From assembly GCA_041725955.1 (NCBI GenBank), contig JBGRQE010000004.1, positions 76,643-140,642 on the forward strand: a DNA stretch of 64,000 bases. Direction: 5' to 3'. A model generated the notes under the pieces. It saw nothing but the letters and a program-made list of their open reading frames with translations. It did no database searches and was not told where the DNA came from. This DNA is from Bacteroidales bacterium (GTDB taxonomy: Bacteria > Bacteroidota > Bacteroidia > Bacteroidales > JBGRPZ01). The stretch's first letter is position 1. Each line of letters opens with the position of its first letter. The position numbers were made by a program, and so were the translations under genes. Positions 49,041 to 60,612 of this stretch are shown in pieces.

Positions 49041-49865
49041 ATGGCTTTAAAGAAATATAAACCGACAACACCTGGTCAGCGCTTTAAAGTAATTAGCGCT
49101 TTTGATGATATTACCGCGACACAGCCAGAAAAAAGCTTATTGGCTCCAAAAAAGAAATCGGGCGGTAGAAATAGTGAGGGCAAGATGACCATGAGATACA
49201 TGGGTGGTGGTCATAAGCAGAAGTATCGTATTATTGATTTTAAACGTGACAAGGATGGAATTCCTGGAACCGTTAAAACTATCGAATACGATCCAAATAG
49301 AACTGCACGTATTGCCCTTGTAATTTATGCAGACGGAGAAAAGAGATACATAATCGCTCCTCATGGACTAAAAGTGGGTCAGCAAATCCTTTCTGGTAAA
49401 GGTGCAGCTCCTGAATTAGGAAATACTTTGATGTTGAGTGAAATACCTTACGGTACTATCATTCACAATATCGAATTACGTCCTGGACAAGGTGCTAAGA
49501 TGGCTCGTAGTGCTGGCTCTTATGCTCAGCTAATGTCTAGAGAAGGCAAATATGCTATCATCAAACTTCCTTCTGGAGAAACTCGAATGATACTTCAAGT
49601 TTGTAAAGCTACCATTGGTATGGTATCTAATATTGACCACAGTCTTGAGTGTTCAGGTAAGGCAGGTCGCAGCAGATGGTTAGGACGTCGTCCAAGAACC
49701 AGAGGTGTGGCTATGAACCCTGTTGATCACCCAATGGGTGGTGGTGAAGGTCGTTCTTCTGGAGGTCATCCAAGATCTCGCAAAGGTTTACCATCTAAAG
49801 GTTTCAAAACCCGCGCAAAGAAGAAGGATACTAATAAGTATATCATTGAGAGAAGGAAAAAATAA
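49041..49865 (+). CDS. rplB: 50S ribosomal protein L2
   Basis: 274 aa. YKPTTPGQR...[13 protein letters not shown]. Confidence 0.97.
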   Translation: MALKKYKPTTPGQRFKVISAFDDITATQPEKSLLAPKKKSGGRNSEGKMTMRYMGGGHKQKYRIIDFKRDKDGIPGTVKTIEYDPNRTARIALVIYADGEKRYIIAPHGLKVGQQILSGKGAAPELGNTLMLSEIPYGTIIHNIELRPGQGAKMARSAGSYAQLMSREGKYAIIKLPSGETRMILQVCKATIGMVSNIDHSLECSGKAGRSRWLGRRPRTRGVAMNPVDHPMGGGEGRSSGGHPRSRKGLPSKGFKTRAKKKDTNKYIIERRKK

Positions 49866-49893
49866 TCCGGTAAACTGAAAAAAGAAGATCGAA

Positions 49894-50172
49894 ATGGCTC
49901 GTTCACTTAAAAAAGGTCCTTTTATACATTTTAAGCTGGAGAAAAAGGTATTAGAGAATGTGGAGTCAGGCAAGAAAACTGTCATCAAAACCTGGTCCAG
50001 AGCATCTATGATTTCACCAGACTTCGTAGGGCAGACTATTGCCGTACACAATGGAAATAAATTTATTCCAGTTTATGTCACTGAGAATATGGTAGGTCAC
50101 AAATTAGGAGAATTTGCGCCAACCAGAACTTACAGGGGACATTCAGGTAGTAAAGATAAAGGGAAAAAATAG
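49894..50172 (+). CDS. rpsS: 30S ribosomal protein S19
   Basis: 92 aa. [10 protein letters not shown]...[11 protein letters not shown]. Confidence 0.97.
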   Translation: MARSLKKGPFIHFKLEKKVLENVESGKKTVIKTWSRASMISPDFVGQTIAVHNGNKFIPVYVTENMVGHKLGEFAPTRTYRGHSGSKDKGKK

Positions 50173-50187
50173 AAAGGCTTTAAAATA

Positions 50188-50598
50188 ATGGGAGCAAGAA
50201 AACATAACAAAGCTGAGCAGTATAAAAATGCAAAGAAAACTCAATATTTTGCCAAGCTAAATAATTGCCCTACTTCACCTCGTAAAATGAGGTTAGTTGC
50301 TGATATGGTCCGTGGTATGGATATTGAGTTAGCGCTTAACGTTTTGGAGCATTCTCCGAAAGAGGCTTCAAATCGTGTTTACAAACTTCTTCGTTCTGCT
50401 ATTGCCAATTGGCAAAACAAAAACGAAGGAAGCAGATTGGAAGATAATCACCTGTTTGTACAAGAGATTTTCGTTGACGGTGGTCGTACTTTGAAGAGAA
50501 TTCAACCAGCTCCACAAGGTCGTGCGCACAGAATCCGTAAGCGTTCCAATCATGTAACTTTAGTGCTTGGTAATAGAATTATTGAAGAATTGAAATAA
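50188..50598 (+). CDS. rplV: 50S ribosomal protein L22
   Basis: 136 aa. [14 protein letters not shown]...[14 protein letters not shown]. Confidence 0.95.
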   Translation: MGARKHNKAEQYKNAKKTQYFAKLNNCPTSPRKMRLVADMVRGMDIELALNVLEHSPKEASNRVYKLLRSAIANWQNKNEGSRLEDNHLFVQEIFVDGGRTLKRIQPAPQGRAHRIRKRSNHVTLVLGNRIIEELK

Positions 50599-50621
50599 TC
50601 ACATTTAAGCGGATATATTAA

Positions 50622-51332
50622 ATGGGACAAAAAACACATCCAGTAGGTCTTAGATTAGGAATCATTAAAGGTTGGGAATCCAACTGGTATGGTGGAAGAT
50701 CTTTCGAAGGTAAATTGATCGAAGATAACAAAATTCGTGAATACCTTAAGGCACGTTTGGCAAAAGCTGGGATTTCGAAAATCCTTATTGAGCGCACTCT
50801 TAAGCTTGTAACTGTTACTATCTTTACTGCTCGTCCTGGTATTATTATCGGAAAGGGAGGCCAAGAAGTCGATAAGCTTAAAGAAGAGCTTAAGAAGCTT
50901 ACTAAGAAGGAAATACAGATTAACATTTCCGAGATAAAAAGACCTGAGCTTGACGCAGAAATCGTAGCGAGTACTGTAGCAAGACAGATCGAAGGAAGAA
51001 TTTCTTTCCGTCGTGCAATTAAAACTGCTGTCGCATCTACTATGCGTATTGGTGCTGAAGGTATCAAAATCCAAATTAGTGGTCGTGTTGGTGGTGCTGA
51101 AATGGCACGTAGCGAGACTTACAAAGAAGGAAGAATTCCTCTTCACACCTTAAGAGCAAATATTGACTATGCTTTGGTTGAAGCTCATACCACTTATGGT
51201 CGCATTGGTATAAAAGTATGGATCTGTAAGGGAGAAATCTTTGGACGTCCAGAATTAGTACCTATGACCGGTATCGGCGGAAGTAAAGGAAAACAGAATC
51301 CTCGTCGTGGTGGTCGTGGAAAGAGAAGATAA
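50622..51332 (+). CDS. rpsC: 30S ribosomal protein S3
   Basis: 236 aa. [16 protein letters not shown] domain, GRxGGAEMAR. Confidence 0.97.
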   Translation: MGQKTHPVGLRLGIIKGWESNWYGGRSFEGKLIEDNKIREYLKARLAKAGISKILIERTLKLVTVTIFTARPGIIIGKGGQEVDKLKEELKKLTKKEIQINISEIKRPELDAEIVASTVARQIEGRISFRRAIKTAVASTMRIGAEGIKIQISGRVGGAEMARSETYKEGRIPLHTLRANIDYALVEAHTTYGRIGIKVWICKGEIFGRPELVPMTGIGGSKGKQNPRRGGRGKRR

Positions 51333-51369
51333 TTAAAGAAATTGTTAATCTCAAAATATAACCTTAACA

Positions 51370-51798
51370 ATGTTACAGCCTAGAAAGACTAAGTTCAGAA
51401 GAGTTCAAAAAGGCAGAATGAAGGGGCTGGCTCAGCGTGGAAATCAGCTGGCCTTCGGTTCTTTCGGAATTAAAGCGCTTCAATCTGCATGGATCACTGG
51501 ACGTCAAATCGAGGCAGCCCGTCAGGCGGTTACCCGTTATATGAAGCGTGAAGGGCAAGTTTGGATTCGTATTTTTCCAAACAAGCCAATCACCAAAAAG
51601 CCTGCTGAAGTTCGTATGGGTAAAGGTAAGGGTGCTCCAGAATATTTTGTAGCTCCAGTTACCCCAGGTAGAATTCTATTCGAAACAGATGGTGTTCCTT
51701 TGGAAATTGCTAGAGAGGCACTTCGTCTTGCTGCTCAGAAACTACCTATTACAACCAAGTTCATAGTAAGAAGAGATTACGTTGAAGAAACTAATTAA
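51370..51798 (+). CDS. rplP: 50S ribosomal protein L16
   Basis: 142 aa. [19 protein letters not shown]...RMGKGKG. Confidence 0.97.
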   Translation: MLQPRKTKFRRVQKGRMKGLAQRGNQLAFGSFGIKALQSAWITGRQIEAARQAVTRYMKREGQVWIRIFPNKPITKKPAEVRMGKGKGAPEYFVAPVTPGRILFETDGVPLEIAREALRLAAQKLPITTKFIVRRDYVEETN

Positions 51799-51803
51799 CG
51801 GAA

Positions 51804-52001
51804 ATGAAAAAGGAAGTAATTAGAGAGCTCGGCACAGCAGAGCTAAAGGAGAGATTGGCTGACGAAAGAATGCAGCTCACAAAACTGAAATTGAATCATG
51901 CAGTTTCTCCTATCGAGAATCCAAATAGGATAAATGCTTATCGCAAAACAATTGCTAGGCTTTTAACCGAACTTAGAAGAAGAGAAATTGAAAATAAATA
52001 G
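51804..52001 (+). CDS. rpmC: 50S ribosomal protein L29
   Basis: 65 aa, helical. Canonical position after rplP. Confidence 0.92.
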   Translation: MKKEVIRELGTAELKERLADERMQLTKLKLNHAVSPIENPNRINAYRKTIARLLTELRRREIENK

Positions 52002-52013
52002 CGCAATCTGACA

Positions 52014-52268
52014 ATGGAAAGGAACTTAAGAAAAGAAAGAATAGGACTGGTTGTAAGCAACAAGATGGATAGATCTGTCGTTGTAGAAATCGGTAGGCGT
52101 GAAAAGCATCCTATTTACGGTAAGTTCGTGAAGAAAACTTCTCGCTTCATGGCTCATGATGAAAAAAATGATGCCAATATTGGCGACACCGTAAAGATCA
52201 TGGAAACCAGACCGCTGAGCAAAAATAAATGTTGGAGATTAGTTGAAATAATTGAAAGAGCTAAGTAA
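52014..52268 (+). CDS. rpsQ: 30S ribosomal protein S17
   Basis: 84 aa. [16 protein letters not shown]...HPIYGKF. Confidence 0.95.
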   Translation: MERNLRKERIGLVVSNKMDRSVVVEIGRREKHPIYGKFVKKTSRFMAHDEKNDANIGDTVKIMETRPLSKNKCWRLVEIIERAK

Positions 52269-52270
52269 TT

Positions 52271-52639
52271 ATGATACAACAGGAATCAAGATGTACAGTT
52301 GCTGACAACAGTGGTGCCAAAGAAGTATTATGTATTCGCGTTCTTGGTGGTACCAAGAAAAGATACGCTTCTGTAGGTGACATGGTCGTTGTTACAGTAA
52401 AAAACGCTATTCCTTCTGGTAACATAAAGAAGGGTACCGTTGCTAAAGGTGTTGTAGTACGTACTAAAAAAGAAGTTCGTAGAAATGATGGTTCTTATAT
52501 CCGCTTTGATGATAATGCTGTCGTTTTGCTCAACAATTCTGGTGAAATGATCGGTACTCGTATCTTTGGTCCTGTTGCCAGAGAGTTACGTGATAAGCAA
52601 TATATGAAGATTGTTTCATTGGCACCTGAGGTGCTATAA
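52271..52639 (+). CDS. rplN: 50S ribosomal protein L14
   Basis: 122 aa. [19 protein letters not shown]. Confidence 0.97.
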   Translation: MIQQESRCTVADNSGAKEVLCIRVLGGTKKRYASVGDMVVVTVKNAIPSGNIKKGTVAKGVVVRTKKEVRRNDGSYIRFDDNAVVLLNNSGEMIGTRIFGPVARELRDKQYMKIVSLAPEVL

Positions 52640-52657
52640 GAATAATATTTGATAGCC

Positions 52658-52984
52658 ATGCGAACTAAATTAAATATAAAAAAAGGAGATAACGTTAAAG
52701 TAATGGCCGGCGATTCAAAAGGCCAACAAGGACGTGTACTCCGTATAGACGCTGCCAAGAATAGAGCAATCGTAGAGGGTGTGAATTTGGTGTCTAAGCA
52801 TACTAAACCAAATGCTGAGAATCCAAAAGGAGGTATTGTAAAGCAAGAAGCTCCTATTCACATGTCTAACCTGATGCTCATGGATCCTAAAGAAGGAAAA
52901 CCAACCCGAGTTGGCAGAAAATTCGACGAAAAAGAAGGAAAAAGAGTAAGGTATTACAAAAAATCAGGGGAGGTTATTAAGTAA
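52658..52984 (+). CDS. rplX: 50S ribosomal protein L24
   Basis: 108 aa from ATG 52658 ([22 protein letters not shown]). The ORF track used the TTG at 52649. Confidence 0.93.
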   Translation: MRTKLNIKKGDNVKVMAGDSKGQQGRVLRIDAAKNRAIVEGVNLVSKHTKPNAENPKGGIVKQEAPIHMSNLMLMDPKEGKPTRVGRKFDEKEGKRVRYYKKSGEVIK

Positions 52985-53541
52985 TGAGCTATTCACCAAG
53001 ACTTAAAGGTAAATACTTTAAGGAAATCATGCCTGCTTTACATAAGCAGTTTGATTATAAGAGCCCAATGCAGATCCCTGCACTGAAAAAGATTTCTATC
53101 AATCAGGGTTTAGGTGCTGCAGTTGCGGACAAGAAATTGATCGACTACGGAGTTGAAGAGTTGACTCTTATCGCTGGTCAGAAAGCCGTTCCTACTTATT
53201 CTAAAAAGGATATTTCTAACTTCAAACTTAGAAAAGGAATGCCTATCGGTACCCGTGTGACTCTTCGTGGTGATGTAATGTACGAATTTCTAGACAGGCT
53301 TGTCGCTGTTGCTCTTCCTCGTGTAAGAGACTTCAGGGGTGTTTCTGATAAAGGATTTGATGGTCGTGGTAATTACTCTTTCGGTATTACTGAGCAGATC
53401 ATTTTCCCAGAAATAAACTTAGACAAGGTGAATAAAATCAGTGGTCTGAACATCTCTTTTGTTACTTCAGCGAAAACTGATAAAGAAGCTTTCGCTCTGT
53501 TAAAAGAATTTGGTTTACCTTTCAAAAATCAAAAGAAGTAG
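52984..53541 (+). CDS. rplE: 50S ribosomal protein L5
   Basis: 185 aa. TAATG overlap with the rplX stop. [18 protein letters not shown]. Confidence 0.96.
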   Translation: MSYSPRLKGKYFKEIMPALHKQFDYKSPMQIPALKKISINQGLGAAVADKKLIDYGVEELTLIAGQKAVPTYSKKDISNFKLRKGMPIGTRVTLRGDVMYEFLDRLVAVALPRVRDFRGVSDKGFDGRGNYSFGITEQIIFPEINLDKVNKISGLNISFVTSAKTDKEAFALLKEFGLPFKNQKK

Positions 53542-53549
53542 AATAAGTT

Positions 53550-53819
53550 ATGGCTAAGGAATCAATGAAAGCGCGTGAGCGCAAAAGAGCAAAACTTGTA
53601 GAAAAGTATGCCGAAAAACGTGCCGCTTTAAAAGAAGCTGGTGACTACGAAGGGTTACAGAAACTTCCAAAGAATTCTTGCCCAACTCGTTTGCACAACC
53701 GTTGTCAGCTAACCGGCCGTCCAAAGGGCTACATGCGTCAATTCGGTGTTTCACGTATTAATTTCCGTGAAATGGCGCTCAAAGGATTAATTCCTGGAGT
53801 AAGAAAGGCAAGTTGGTAG
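53550..53819 (+). CDS. rpsN: 30S ribosomal protein S14 (89-aa long form)
   Basis: [13 protein letters not shown]...[24 protein letters not shown]...KASW. Confidence 0.95.
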   Translation: MAKESMKARERKRAKLVEKYAEKRAALKEAGDYEGLQKLPKNSCPTRLHNRCQLTGRPKGYMRQFGVSRINFREMALKGLIPGVRKASW

Positions 53820-53854
53820 TTAATTGAGTCGAAATATCTAAACCGAAAAAAGAG

Positions 53855-54253
53855 ATGTATACTGATCCAATAGCAGATTATTTAACCAGAGTCAGAAATG
53901 CCGTTTTGGCAAGACATAGAGTGGTTGAAATTCCTGCTTCAAATATTAAAAAGGCTATTACCAAAATCCTTTTTGATAAAGGTTATATCCTGAACTATAA
54001 GTTCGAAGATGAAGGTGTTCAGGGAACAATTAAAATTGCCCTTAAGTATCACCCAGTTACTAAGCAACCAGCTATTAATAAGCTGGAAAGAGCAAGTCGT
54101 CCGGGTTTAAGAAGATATGCAAATGCATCTAATCTTCCTCGAGTACTTAATGGTCTTGGAGTGGCTGTTCTTTCTACCTCACAAGGTGTGATGACCGACA
54201 AAGAAGCTCGTAGGCTTAACATTGGCGGTGAAGTTTTATGTTATGTTAGCTAA
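53855..54253 (+). CDS. rpsH: 30S ribosomal protein S8
   Basis: 132 aa. [13 protein letters not shown]...GGEVLCYV. Confidence 0.96.
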   Translation: MYTDPIADYLTRVRNAVLARHRVVEIPASNIKKAITKILFDKGYILNYKFEDEGVQGTIKIALKYHPVTKQPAINKLERASRPGLRRYANASNLPRVLNGLGVAVLSTSQGVMTDKEARRLNIGGEVLCYVS

Positions 54254-54274
54254 TTTAAAAAAGGGTAGTATAAT

Positions 54275-54829
54275 ATGTCAAGGATAGGAAAGTTACCAAT
54301 AGCCATTCCACAAGGTGTTGAAGTAAGCGTTTCAGATAAAAACGTTGTAACTATCAAGGGAAAACTTGGTGAGCTTCAACAGTGTATAGATTCTGTCATT
54401 ACCGTTAAGGTAGAGGAAGGAAAAATTCTAGTTGAGCGTAATAGCGAAGCAAAAAATCATAGAGCAATGCATGGTCTTTACAGATCTCTTCTTTCCAATA
54501 TGGTTCAAGGAGTTTCTGAAGGATACAAAATTGTACTTGAATTTGTTGGTGTTGGTTACAAAGCGGAAGCTAAGGGCCAAATTCTTGAGCTAGCTCTAGG
54601 ATTTTCTCACAATATATTCTTTGAAATTCCAGCAGAAGTGAAAGTGGAAGCTGTTACTGAAAGAGGTAAGAACCCATTGGTTACCTTAACTTCTTTCGAT
54701 AAGCAGTTGGTAGGACAAGTTGCTGCTAAGATTCGTTCATTTAGAAAGCCTGAACCATACAAAGGTAAAGGAATCAAATTTCTTGGTGAAGAAATCAGAA
54801 GAAAAGCAGGTAAAGCTGGAGCGAAATAG
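54275..54829 (+). CDS. rplF: 50S ribosomal protein L6
   Basis: 184 aa. MSRIGKLPIAIPQGVEV...EPYKGKGI. Confidence 0.96.
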   Translation: MSRIGKLPIAIPQGVEVSVSDKNVVTIKGKLGELQQCIDSVITVKVEEGKILVERNSEAKNHRAMHGLYRSLLSNMVQGVSEGYKIVLEFVGVGYKAEAKGQILELALGFSHNIFFEIPAEVKVEAVTERGKNPLVTLTSFDKQLVGQVAAKIRSFRKPEPYKGKGIKFLGEEIRRKAGKAGAK

Positions 54830-54875
54830 TATTTATTGTAAATCTGCCTGATTTAGGCGCTAAATCCCTACTAGG

Positions 54876-55238
54876 ATGGCGATTAAGAATATAAAAGAAT
54901 TTAGAAGAAATAGAATTAAACTGAGAGTTAGAAAGGATATCTCTGGAACAGCTTCTAGACCAAGACTCTCTGTTTTTAGAAGTAATAAGCAAATTTATGC
55001 TCAGTTGATTGATGATGTTGCAGGAGTTACTCTTGCAGCAGCTTCGTCTTCAGAAAAAGCATTCGCCGATTTTAAAGGTACTAAACTTGAGCAAGCTGCT
55101 CAAGTTGGTAAATTGATCGCTGAAAGAGCTGAAGGTAAAAATGTTGTTGATGTTGTTTTCGACAGAAACGGATATCTTTACCATGGTAGAATCAAGTCTT
55201 TAGCAGAAGCTGCAAGAGAAGGAGGACTTAAATTTTAA
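54876..55238 (+). CDS. rplR: 50S ribosomal protein L18
   Basis: 120 aa. [20 protein letters not shown]...[19 protein letters not shown]. Confidence 0.95.
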   Translation: MAIKNIKEFRRNRIKLRVRKDISGTASRPRLSVFRSNKQIYAQLIDDVAGVTLAAASSSEKAFADFKGTKLEQAAQVGKLIAERAEGKNVVDVVFDRNGYLYHGRIKSLAEAAREGGLKF

Positions 55239-55762
55239 TGGCTATGTCAAACGTAAATGTCAAAAGAGTAAAATCCAGCGAAATCGAGTTTAAAGATAAG
55301 TTGGTTAGTATTCAGAGAGTTACTAAAGTTACCAAAGGTGGTCGTACTTTCAGTTTTTCAGCTATTGTTGTAGTTGGAAACGAGGCAGGTATTGTTGGTC
55401 ATGGTCTTGGTAAAGCTAAGGAAGTTACCTCTGCAATTGCTAAAGGAATTGATGATGCGAAGAAAAATCTAATCAAAGTTCCTGTTCTCAAAGGTACTGT
55501 TCCTCACGAACAAGTGGGTCGCTACAGTGGTGCAGAAGTTTTCATTAAGCCTGCAGCTCCTGGTACTGGAGTAATTGCTGGTGGTGCTATGCGTGCTGTT
55601 CTTGAAAGCGTTGGTGTGAAAGACGTTCTTGCTAAGTCAAAAGGTTCTTCTAACCCTCACTCTGTTGTGAAAGCTACCATTGATGCATTAGGAAAATTGA
55701 GAGATCCTCAAACTATAGCACAGTTAAGAGGTGTAGATTTGAATACAGTTTTCAACGGTTAA
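55238..55762 (+). CDS. rpsE: 30S ribosomal protein S5
   Basis: 174 aa. TAATG overlap with the rplR stop. [24 protein letters not shown]. Confidence 0.96.
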   Translation: MAMSNVNVKRVKSSEIEFKDKLVSIQRVTKVTKGGRTFSFSAIVVVGNEAGIVGHGLGKAKEVTSAIAKGIDDAKKNLIKVPVLKGTVPHEQVGRYSGAEVFIKPAAPGTGVIAGGAMRAVLESVGVKDVLAKSKGSSNPHSVVKATIDALGKLRDPQTIAQLRGVDLNTVFNG

Positions 55763-55775
55763 TTTTTTCAATAAG

Positions 55776-55955
55776 ATGAAAAAACTTAGAATTACTCAGA
55801 TTAAAAGTAAGATCGGCAGACCTGAACGCCAAAAAAGAACCCTTGCTGCATTAGGATTGAAAAAAATGCATCAAACTCGTGAGATCACTTTGAATGATCA
55901 AACTAAGGGTATGGTTGAAAAGGTTAAGCATTTGCTTAAGATCGAAGAAATTTAA
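55776..55955 (+). CDS. rpmD: 50S ribosomal protein L30
   Basis: 59-aa ORF read by eye, below the ORF-track cutoff: MKKLRITQIKSKIGRPERQKRTLAALGLKKMHQTREITLNDQTKGMVEKVKHLLKIEEI. Canonical slot between rpsE and rplO. Confidence 0.9.
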   Translation: MKKLRITQIKSKIGRPERQKRTLAALGLKKMHQTREITLNDQTKGMVEKVKHLLKIEEI

Positions 55956-55984
55956 TTGATTACAATCTAATAATAGGATATAAA

Positions 55985-56431
55985 ATGGATTTAAGTAGTC
56001 TTAAACCAGCTGCAGGATCTGTTAGGAACAGAAAAAGAATAGGCCGTGGACAAGGATCAGGACGTGGAGGTACTTCTACTCGTGGTCATAAAGGTGCTCA
56101 GTCTAGATCTGGTTACTCTCGTAAAGAGGGTTTCGAAGGTGGTCAAATGCCTTTGTACCGACGTGTTCCTAAATTTGGATTCAAAAACATCAACAGAAAA
56201 GAATATAGAGGTATTAATGTAGAAACTCTTCAGGCTTTGGCTGAAAAGAAGAACCTTACTGCTATTGATCCTCAAATCTTATGGGAAAATGGTTTGGTAG
56301 CTAAAAGAGATCTTGTTAAGATCTTAGGAAATGGTGCATTAACTATTAAGTTAGAAGTTAAAGCTCATGCATTCTCCGGATCTGCTCAAGCTGCTATCGA
56401 AGCTCAAGGTGGTGTAGCAACTAAAATCTAA
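55985..56431 (+). CDS. rplO: 50S ribosomal protein L15
   Basis: 148 aa. LKPAAGSVRNRKRIGRGQGSGRGGTSTRGHKG. Confidence 0.96.
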   Translation: MDLSSLKPAAGSVRNRKRIGRGQGSGRGGTSTRGHKGAQSRSGYSRKEGFEGGQMPLYRRVPKFGFKNINRKEYRGINVETLQALAEKKNLTAIDPQILWENGLVAKRDLVKILGNGALTIKLEVKAHAFSGSAQAAIEAQGGVATKI

Positions 56432-56436
56432 ACTGG

Positions 56437-57795
56437 ATGAAAAAGTTTAAGTTAATCGAGACAATTAGAAACATTAGTAAAATTCAAGATCTTCGTACAA
56501 GGATTCTATATACCATTGGTATTATCCTTATTTATCGATTAGGATCTTATGTGGTTTTACCAGGAGTGGATCCAAATATGCTAGCTAGTCTGAAAAATCA
56601 GACTAGCGATGGCTTACTTGGATTATTGAACACTTTCTCTGGGGGGGCATTTTCGAATGCTTCCATTTTTGCATTAGGAATCATGCCTTATATTTCTGCA
56701 TCCATTGTGATTCAGCTTTTGGGGATGGCGGTTCCTTATTTTCAAAGATTGCAGAAGGAAGGTGAAAGTGGACGTAATAAAATTAATCAGATAACCCGTT
56801 GGTTAACTGTAATTATTACAGCTCTTCAGGGTTCTGCATATCTGGCTAACTTAGTTGGACAGATTCCTGCAGGAGGAATTTATCCTTACGATCCAAATAT
56901 TACTACTCCTAGCTACTGGGGCTTTATTATTCCATCTGTCGTTATTCTTGTCTCTGGAACCATGTTTGTTATGTGGTTGGGAGAAAAAATTACAGACAGA
57001 GGAATCGGAAACGGTATTTCTCTTATCATTATGATAGGAATTATTGCTAGGTTGCCTTTTGCTTTATTTGGTGAGTTTGTTTCTCGCTTAGAAGAAAAAG
57101 GTGGAGGTCCTGTAATATTTATTGTCGAACTTGCTGTTTTAGTTTTTGTTATCTTATTAACTATTCTTTTGGTTCAGGGTACTCGTAAGATCCCTGTACA
57201 ATATGCAAAAAGAATGGTAGGTAATAAGCAATATGGTGGTGTTCGTCAGTATATACCTTTGAAAGTAAATGCTGCAGGTGTTATGCCAATTATTTTTGCT
57301 CAGGCAATTATGTTTTTACCAATTACCTTGATGGGTTTTTCTGATTCATCAACCGGTTGGTTAGCAGGTTTTGCTGATTATAACGGTTTCCTTTATAACT
57401 TTACTTTCTTTATCCTTATCGTGTTGTTTACTTATTTCTATACTGCGATTACTGTGAATCCTTCACAAATGGCAGAAGAAATGAAACGTAACGGAGGATT
57501 TATTCCAGGAGTAAAGCCAGGAAAGAAAACTACTGAGTTTATTGATGGCGTAATGTCTAGAATTACTCTTCCAGGATCATTGTTCCTTGGTATCGTAGCT
57601 ATTTTACCTGCTGTTGTTGGTAAAGTAGGTGTAACTGCAGCTTTTGCTCAGTTCTATGGAGGAACTTCTTTACTGATTCTTGTTGGTGTTGTTTTAGATA
57701 CTTTGCAACAAGTTGAAAGTCATTTGTTAATGCGTCATTATGATGGATTGACAAAGTCTGGAAGAATAAAAGGTAGGACTCCGGTTGCTATGTAA
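56437..57795 (+). CDS. secY: preprotein translocase subunit SecY
   Basis: 452 aa, 10 TM. LRTRILYTIGIILIYRLGSYVVLPGV, GIMPYISASIVIQLL. Confidence 0.97.
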   Translation: MKKFKLIETIRNISKIQDLRTRILYTIGIILIYRLGSYVVLPGVDPNMLASLKNQTSDGLLGLLNTFSGGAFSNASIFALGIMPYISASIVIQLLGMAVPYFQRLQKEGESGRNKINQITRWLTVIITALQGSAYLANLVGQIPAGGIYPYDPNITTPSYWGFIIPSVVILVSGTMFVMWLGEKITDRGIGNGISLIIMIGIIARLPFALFGEFVSRLEEKGGGPVIFIVELAVLVFVILLTILLVQGTRKIPVQYAKRMVGNKQYGGVRQYIPLKVNAAGVMPIIFAQAIMFLPITLMGFSDSSTGWLAGFADYNGFLYNFTFFILIVLFTYFYTAITVNPSQMAEEMKRNGGFIPGVKPGKKTTEFIDGVMSRITLPGSLFLGIVAILPAVVGKVGVTAAFAQFYGGTSLLILVGVVLDTLQQVESHLLMRHYDGLTKSGRIKGRTPVAM

Positions 57796-57817
57796 AACTT
57801 TTTTCTATCTTTGCCGG

Positions 57818-58597
57818 ATGATTATTTTGAAGACTGACGAGGAGATTGAGCTATTGAGAGAGAGCGCTTTACTAGTTAGTAAAACGCTCGCCGAGGTAGC
57901 CCGTCATATAAAACCGGGAGTTTCAACCGGTGAACTGGATACCATAGCAGAAACTTTTATCCGGGATCATAATGCTGAACCCGGATTTAAGGGCTATGGA
58001 GGATTTCCAGGGACGCTTTGCGTTTCGGTCAATGACGAGGTCGTTCATGGAATTCCTGGTAGAAGAATACTTAACGACGGAGATATTATTTCTGTCGATT
58101 GTGGCGTTCTTATGAATGGCTTTTATGGAGATTCTGCTTATACTTTCCCTGTTGGGCAAGTAGAAGAGAAGATTTTGAAGTTACTTGATCGAACAAAAAA
58201 ATCACTCTATAAAGGTATTGAACATGCTGTTGTTGGTCGACGTCTTGGTGATATCGGGTATGCCATTCAGTCTTATGTGGAAAGTTTTGGCTATGGTGTT
58301 GTTCGCGATTTAGTAGGACATGGCTTAGGGCGTAATCTACACGAAGATCCTCAGGTTCCTAATTATGGCCGTAAAGGTAAAGGAACAAAACTAGAGGATG
58401 GTATGGTGATCGCTATTGAGCCTATGGTAAACCTTCGTTCTAAGAATGTGACTCAAGATGAAGATGGATGGACAATTCGTACTGCGGATAGTTTGCCATC
58501 AGCCCATTTTGAACACGATGTCGCCATACGCAATGGCAAAGCAGATATTTTATCTTCTTTCGATTTAATCGAAGAAGTTTTAGGAAAAAACCAGTAA
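57818..58597 (+). CDS. map: type I methionyl aminopeptidase
   Basis: 259 aa from ATG 57818 ([16 protein letters not shown]). Metal ligands in the [15 protein letters not shown] and IAIEPM contexts. The ORF-track start at 57785 overlaps secY. Confidence 0.94.
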   Translation: MIILKTDEEIELLRESALLVSKTLAEVARHIKPGVSTGELDTIAETFIRDHNAEPGFKGYGGFPGTLCVSVNDEVVHGIPGRRILNDGDIISVDCGVLMNGFYGDSAYTFPVGQVEEKILKLLDRTKKSLYKGIEHAVVGRRLGDIGYAIQSYVESFGYGVVRDLVGHGLGRNLHEDPQVPNYGRKGKGTKLEDGMVIAIEPMVNLRSKNVTQDEDGWTIRTADSLPSAHFEHDVAIRNGKADILSSFDLIEEVLGKNQ

Positions 58598-58604
58598 ACT
58601 TAGT

Positions 58605-58823
58605 ATGGCAAAGCAAACATCTATAGAACAAGACGGTACTGTAATCGAGAGCTTAGGTAATGCCATGTTTCGTGTTGAATTAGAAAATGGACACACCATT
58701 ACCGCTCATATCTCGGGTAAAATGCGTATGCATTACATCAAAATTTTACCTGGAGATAAAGTTAAAGTAGCAATGTCACCTTATGATTTGTCTAAAGGAC
58801 GAATCACTTTTAGGTATAAATAA
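58605..58823 (+). CDS. infA: translation initiation factor IF-1
   Basis: 72 aa. S1-like fold: [20 protein letters not shown]...[18 protein letters not shown]. Confidence 0.96.
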   Translation: MAKQTSIEQDGTVIESLGNAMFRVELENGHTITAHISGKMRMHYIKILPGDKVKVAMSPYDLSKGRITFRYK

Positions 58824-58920
58824 AGAAATTAATGGAGAGGTTGGCAAGCAAGTTTGTTTGTCTATATAGTGTAGGCTAAACCTCGGAATATCTACAAATT
58901 TTATAATTTGAGCAATTGAA

Positions 58921-59037
58921 ATGAAAGTAAGAGCATCTGTTAAGAAAAGATCTCCCGAATGTAAGATCGTGCGTCGCAAAGGAAGATTGTACGTTATTAA
59001 CAAAAAGAATCCAAAGTTTAAGCAGAGACAAGGTTAA
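58921..59037 (+). CDS. rpmJ: 50S ribosomal protein L36 (Cys-depleted form)
   Basis: 38-aa ORF read by eye, below the ORF-track cutoff: [38 protein letters not shown]. Slot between infA and rpsM. Confidence 0.9.
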   Translation: MKVRASVKKRSPECKIVRRKGRLYVINKKNPKFKQRQG

Positions 59038-59078
59038 TCGTCTCAATTGTTAATTTAACATTTAAAGAATTATACAAT

Positions 59079-59456
59079 ATGGCAAGGATTGCTGGTATTG
59101 ATATACCTAACAATAAAAGAGGAGAAATCAGCTTGACTTACATCTTTGGGATAGGTCGAAGTACTGCTCAGAAAATTTTGAATGAAGCTGGTATTGACGT
59201 GAACAAGAAAGTTCAAGATTGGTCAGATGACGAGCAAAAACAAATCCGTACAATTATCGGTGATAATTATAAGGTAGAAGGTGAATTGCGCTCTGAGGTC
59301 CAGTTAAACATCAAACGTTTAATGGATATTGGTACCTATAGAGGTATCCGTCACAGAATAGGTCTTCCTCTTCGTGGTCAGTGTACAAAGAATAACGCTC
59401 GTACTCGTAAAGGTCGTAAAAAGACAGTTGCGAATAAGAAGAAAGCTACCAGATAA
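59079..59456 (+). CDS. rpsM: 30S ribosomal protein S13
   Basis: 125 aa. [14 protein letters not shown]...[15 protein letters not shown]. Confidence 0.97.
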   Translation: MARIAGIDIPNNKRGEISLTYIFGIGRSTAQKILNEAGIDVNKKVQDWSDDEQKQIRTIIGDNYKVEGELRSEVQLNIKRLMDIGTYRGIRHRIGLPLRGQCTKNNARTRKGRKKTVANKKKATR

Positions 59457-59502
59457 TTAAATTAGTTAAGTTGTATTAGGATATTGTATTATCTTTTGAA
59501 TC

Positions 59503-59892
59503 ATGGCAAAAAACACCAGAAATACGAAAAAAAGAGTCGTTAAAGTGGAGCCTGTTGGAAGAGCTTATGTAAGCGCCTCTTTTAACAATATCATTATTTC
59601 GTTGACCAATAATGCGGGTCAGGTTATCTCCTGGTCTTCTAGCGGAAAAATGGGCTTCCGTGGGTCAAAGAAAAACACTCCATACGCCGCTCAGCAGGCT
59701 GCAGCTGATTGTGCCAAAGTTGCCTACGATCTTGGCCTTAGAAAAGTTAAAGTTTTTGTGAAAGGTCCAGGTTCAGGACGTGAATCTGCCATCAGAACTC
59801 TTCATACTTCAGGCATCGAGGTTACTGAAATTAAGGATGTTACTCCATTACCACACAACGGTTGTCGTCCTCCAAAAAGACGTAGAGTCTAA
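59503..59892 (+). CDS. rpsK: 30S ribosomal protein S11
   Basis: 129 aa. [20 protein letters not shown]...[13 protein letters not shown]. Confidence 0.97.
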   Translation: MAKNTRNTKKRVVKVEPVGRAYVSASFNNIIISLTNNAGQVISWSSSGKMGFRGSKKNTPYAAQQAAADCAKVAYDLGLRKVKVFVKGPGSGRESAIRTLHTSGIEVTEIKDVTPLPHNGCRPPKRRRV

Positions 59893-59965
59893 TTGATGGT
59901 CGCATTTAATTGTGCTGTTAGTTAATTAAAACATTTAGTAACGCGATTTGAAATAAATAGAAATC

Positions 59966-60571
59966 ATGGCAAGATATACCGGTCCAAAGACCAAAATAGC
60001 TAGAAGATTTAAAGATCCTATCTTCGGGCCTGACAAATCATTTGAGAAAAGAAATTATCCTCCAGGACAACATGGGGCTTCTAAGAGGAGAAAAAAAGTT
60101 TCTGAATATGGTGTTCAGTTACTAGAAAAACAAAAAGCGAAGTATACCTACGGTATTTTAGAGAAACAATTTAGAAATATTTTTAAATTAGCATCTAGAA
60201 AAAAAGGTATTACTGGTGAAAACCTCCTACAGCTTTGTGAATCCCGTTTAGATAATGTAGTATACAGATTGGGTATCGCTCCTACCAGAGCAGCTGCACG
60301 TCAGTTCGTGTCCCACCGTCATATTACAGTTAATGGCGAAATCGTGAATGTTCCTTCTTTCTCCGTGAAAATCGGTGATGTTGTTGGCGTTCGCGAAAAA
60401 TCCAAATCTCTTGAGGTGATCACCAATTCACTTTCTTCTCGTTCTGATCAGTACTCTTGGATCGAGTGGGATAGCGACAAACTTCAAGGTCGTTTCTTGA
60501 ATTTACCAACTCGTGAAGAAATTCCTGAAAATATTAAGGAACAACTGATCGTCGAATTGTATTCTAAGTAA
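59966..60571 (+). CDS. rpsD: 30S ribosomal protein S4
   Basis: 201 aa. [16 protein letters not shown]4 domain [27 protein letters not shown]. Confidence 0.97.
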   Translation: MARYTGPKTKIARRFKDPIFGPDKSFEKRNYPPGQHGASKRRKKVSEYGVQLLEKQKAKYTYGILEKQFRNIFKLASRKKGITGENLLQLCESRLDNVVYRLGIAPTRAAARQFVSHRHITVNGEIVNVPSFSVKIGDVVGVREKSKSLEVITNSLSSRSDQYSWIEWDSDKLQGRFLNLPTREEIPENIKEQLIVELYSK

Positions 60572-60612
60572 TAGTTGAATCTGATTGGTTAACCCTCTAA
60601 CATCTTTTGTTT

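Noticed and set aside
50618-51146. Two long minus-strand ORFs (149 and 163 aa) antisense to rpsC. Similar antisense ORFs overlap many other genes, for example 37566-37796 (Pro-rich, opposite the dnaJ Gly/Phe region), 33143-33418 and 60630-61013.
   Set aside because: They lie wholly inside strongly supported genes on the opposite strand. They have low-complexity or Ser/Leu/Pro-rich composition and no recognisable motifs. These are shadow ORFs.
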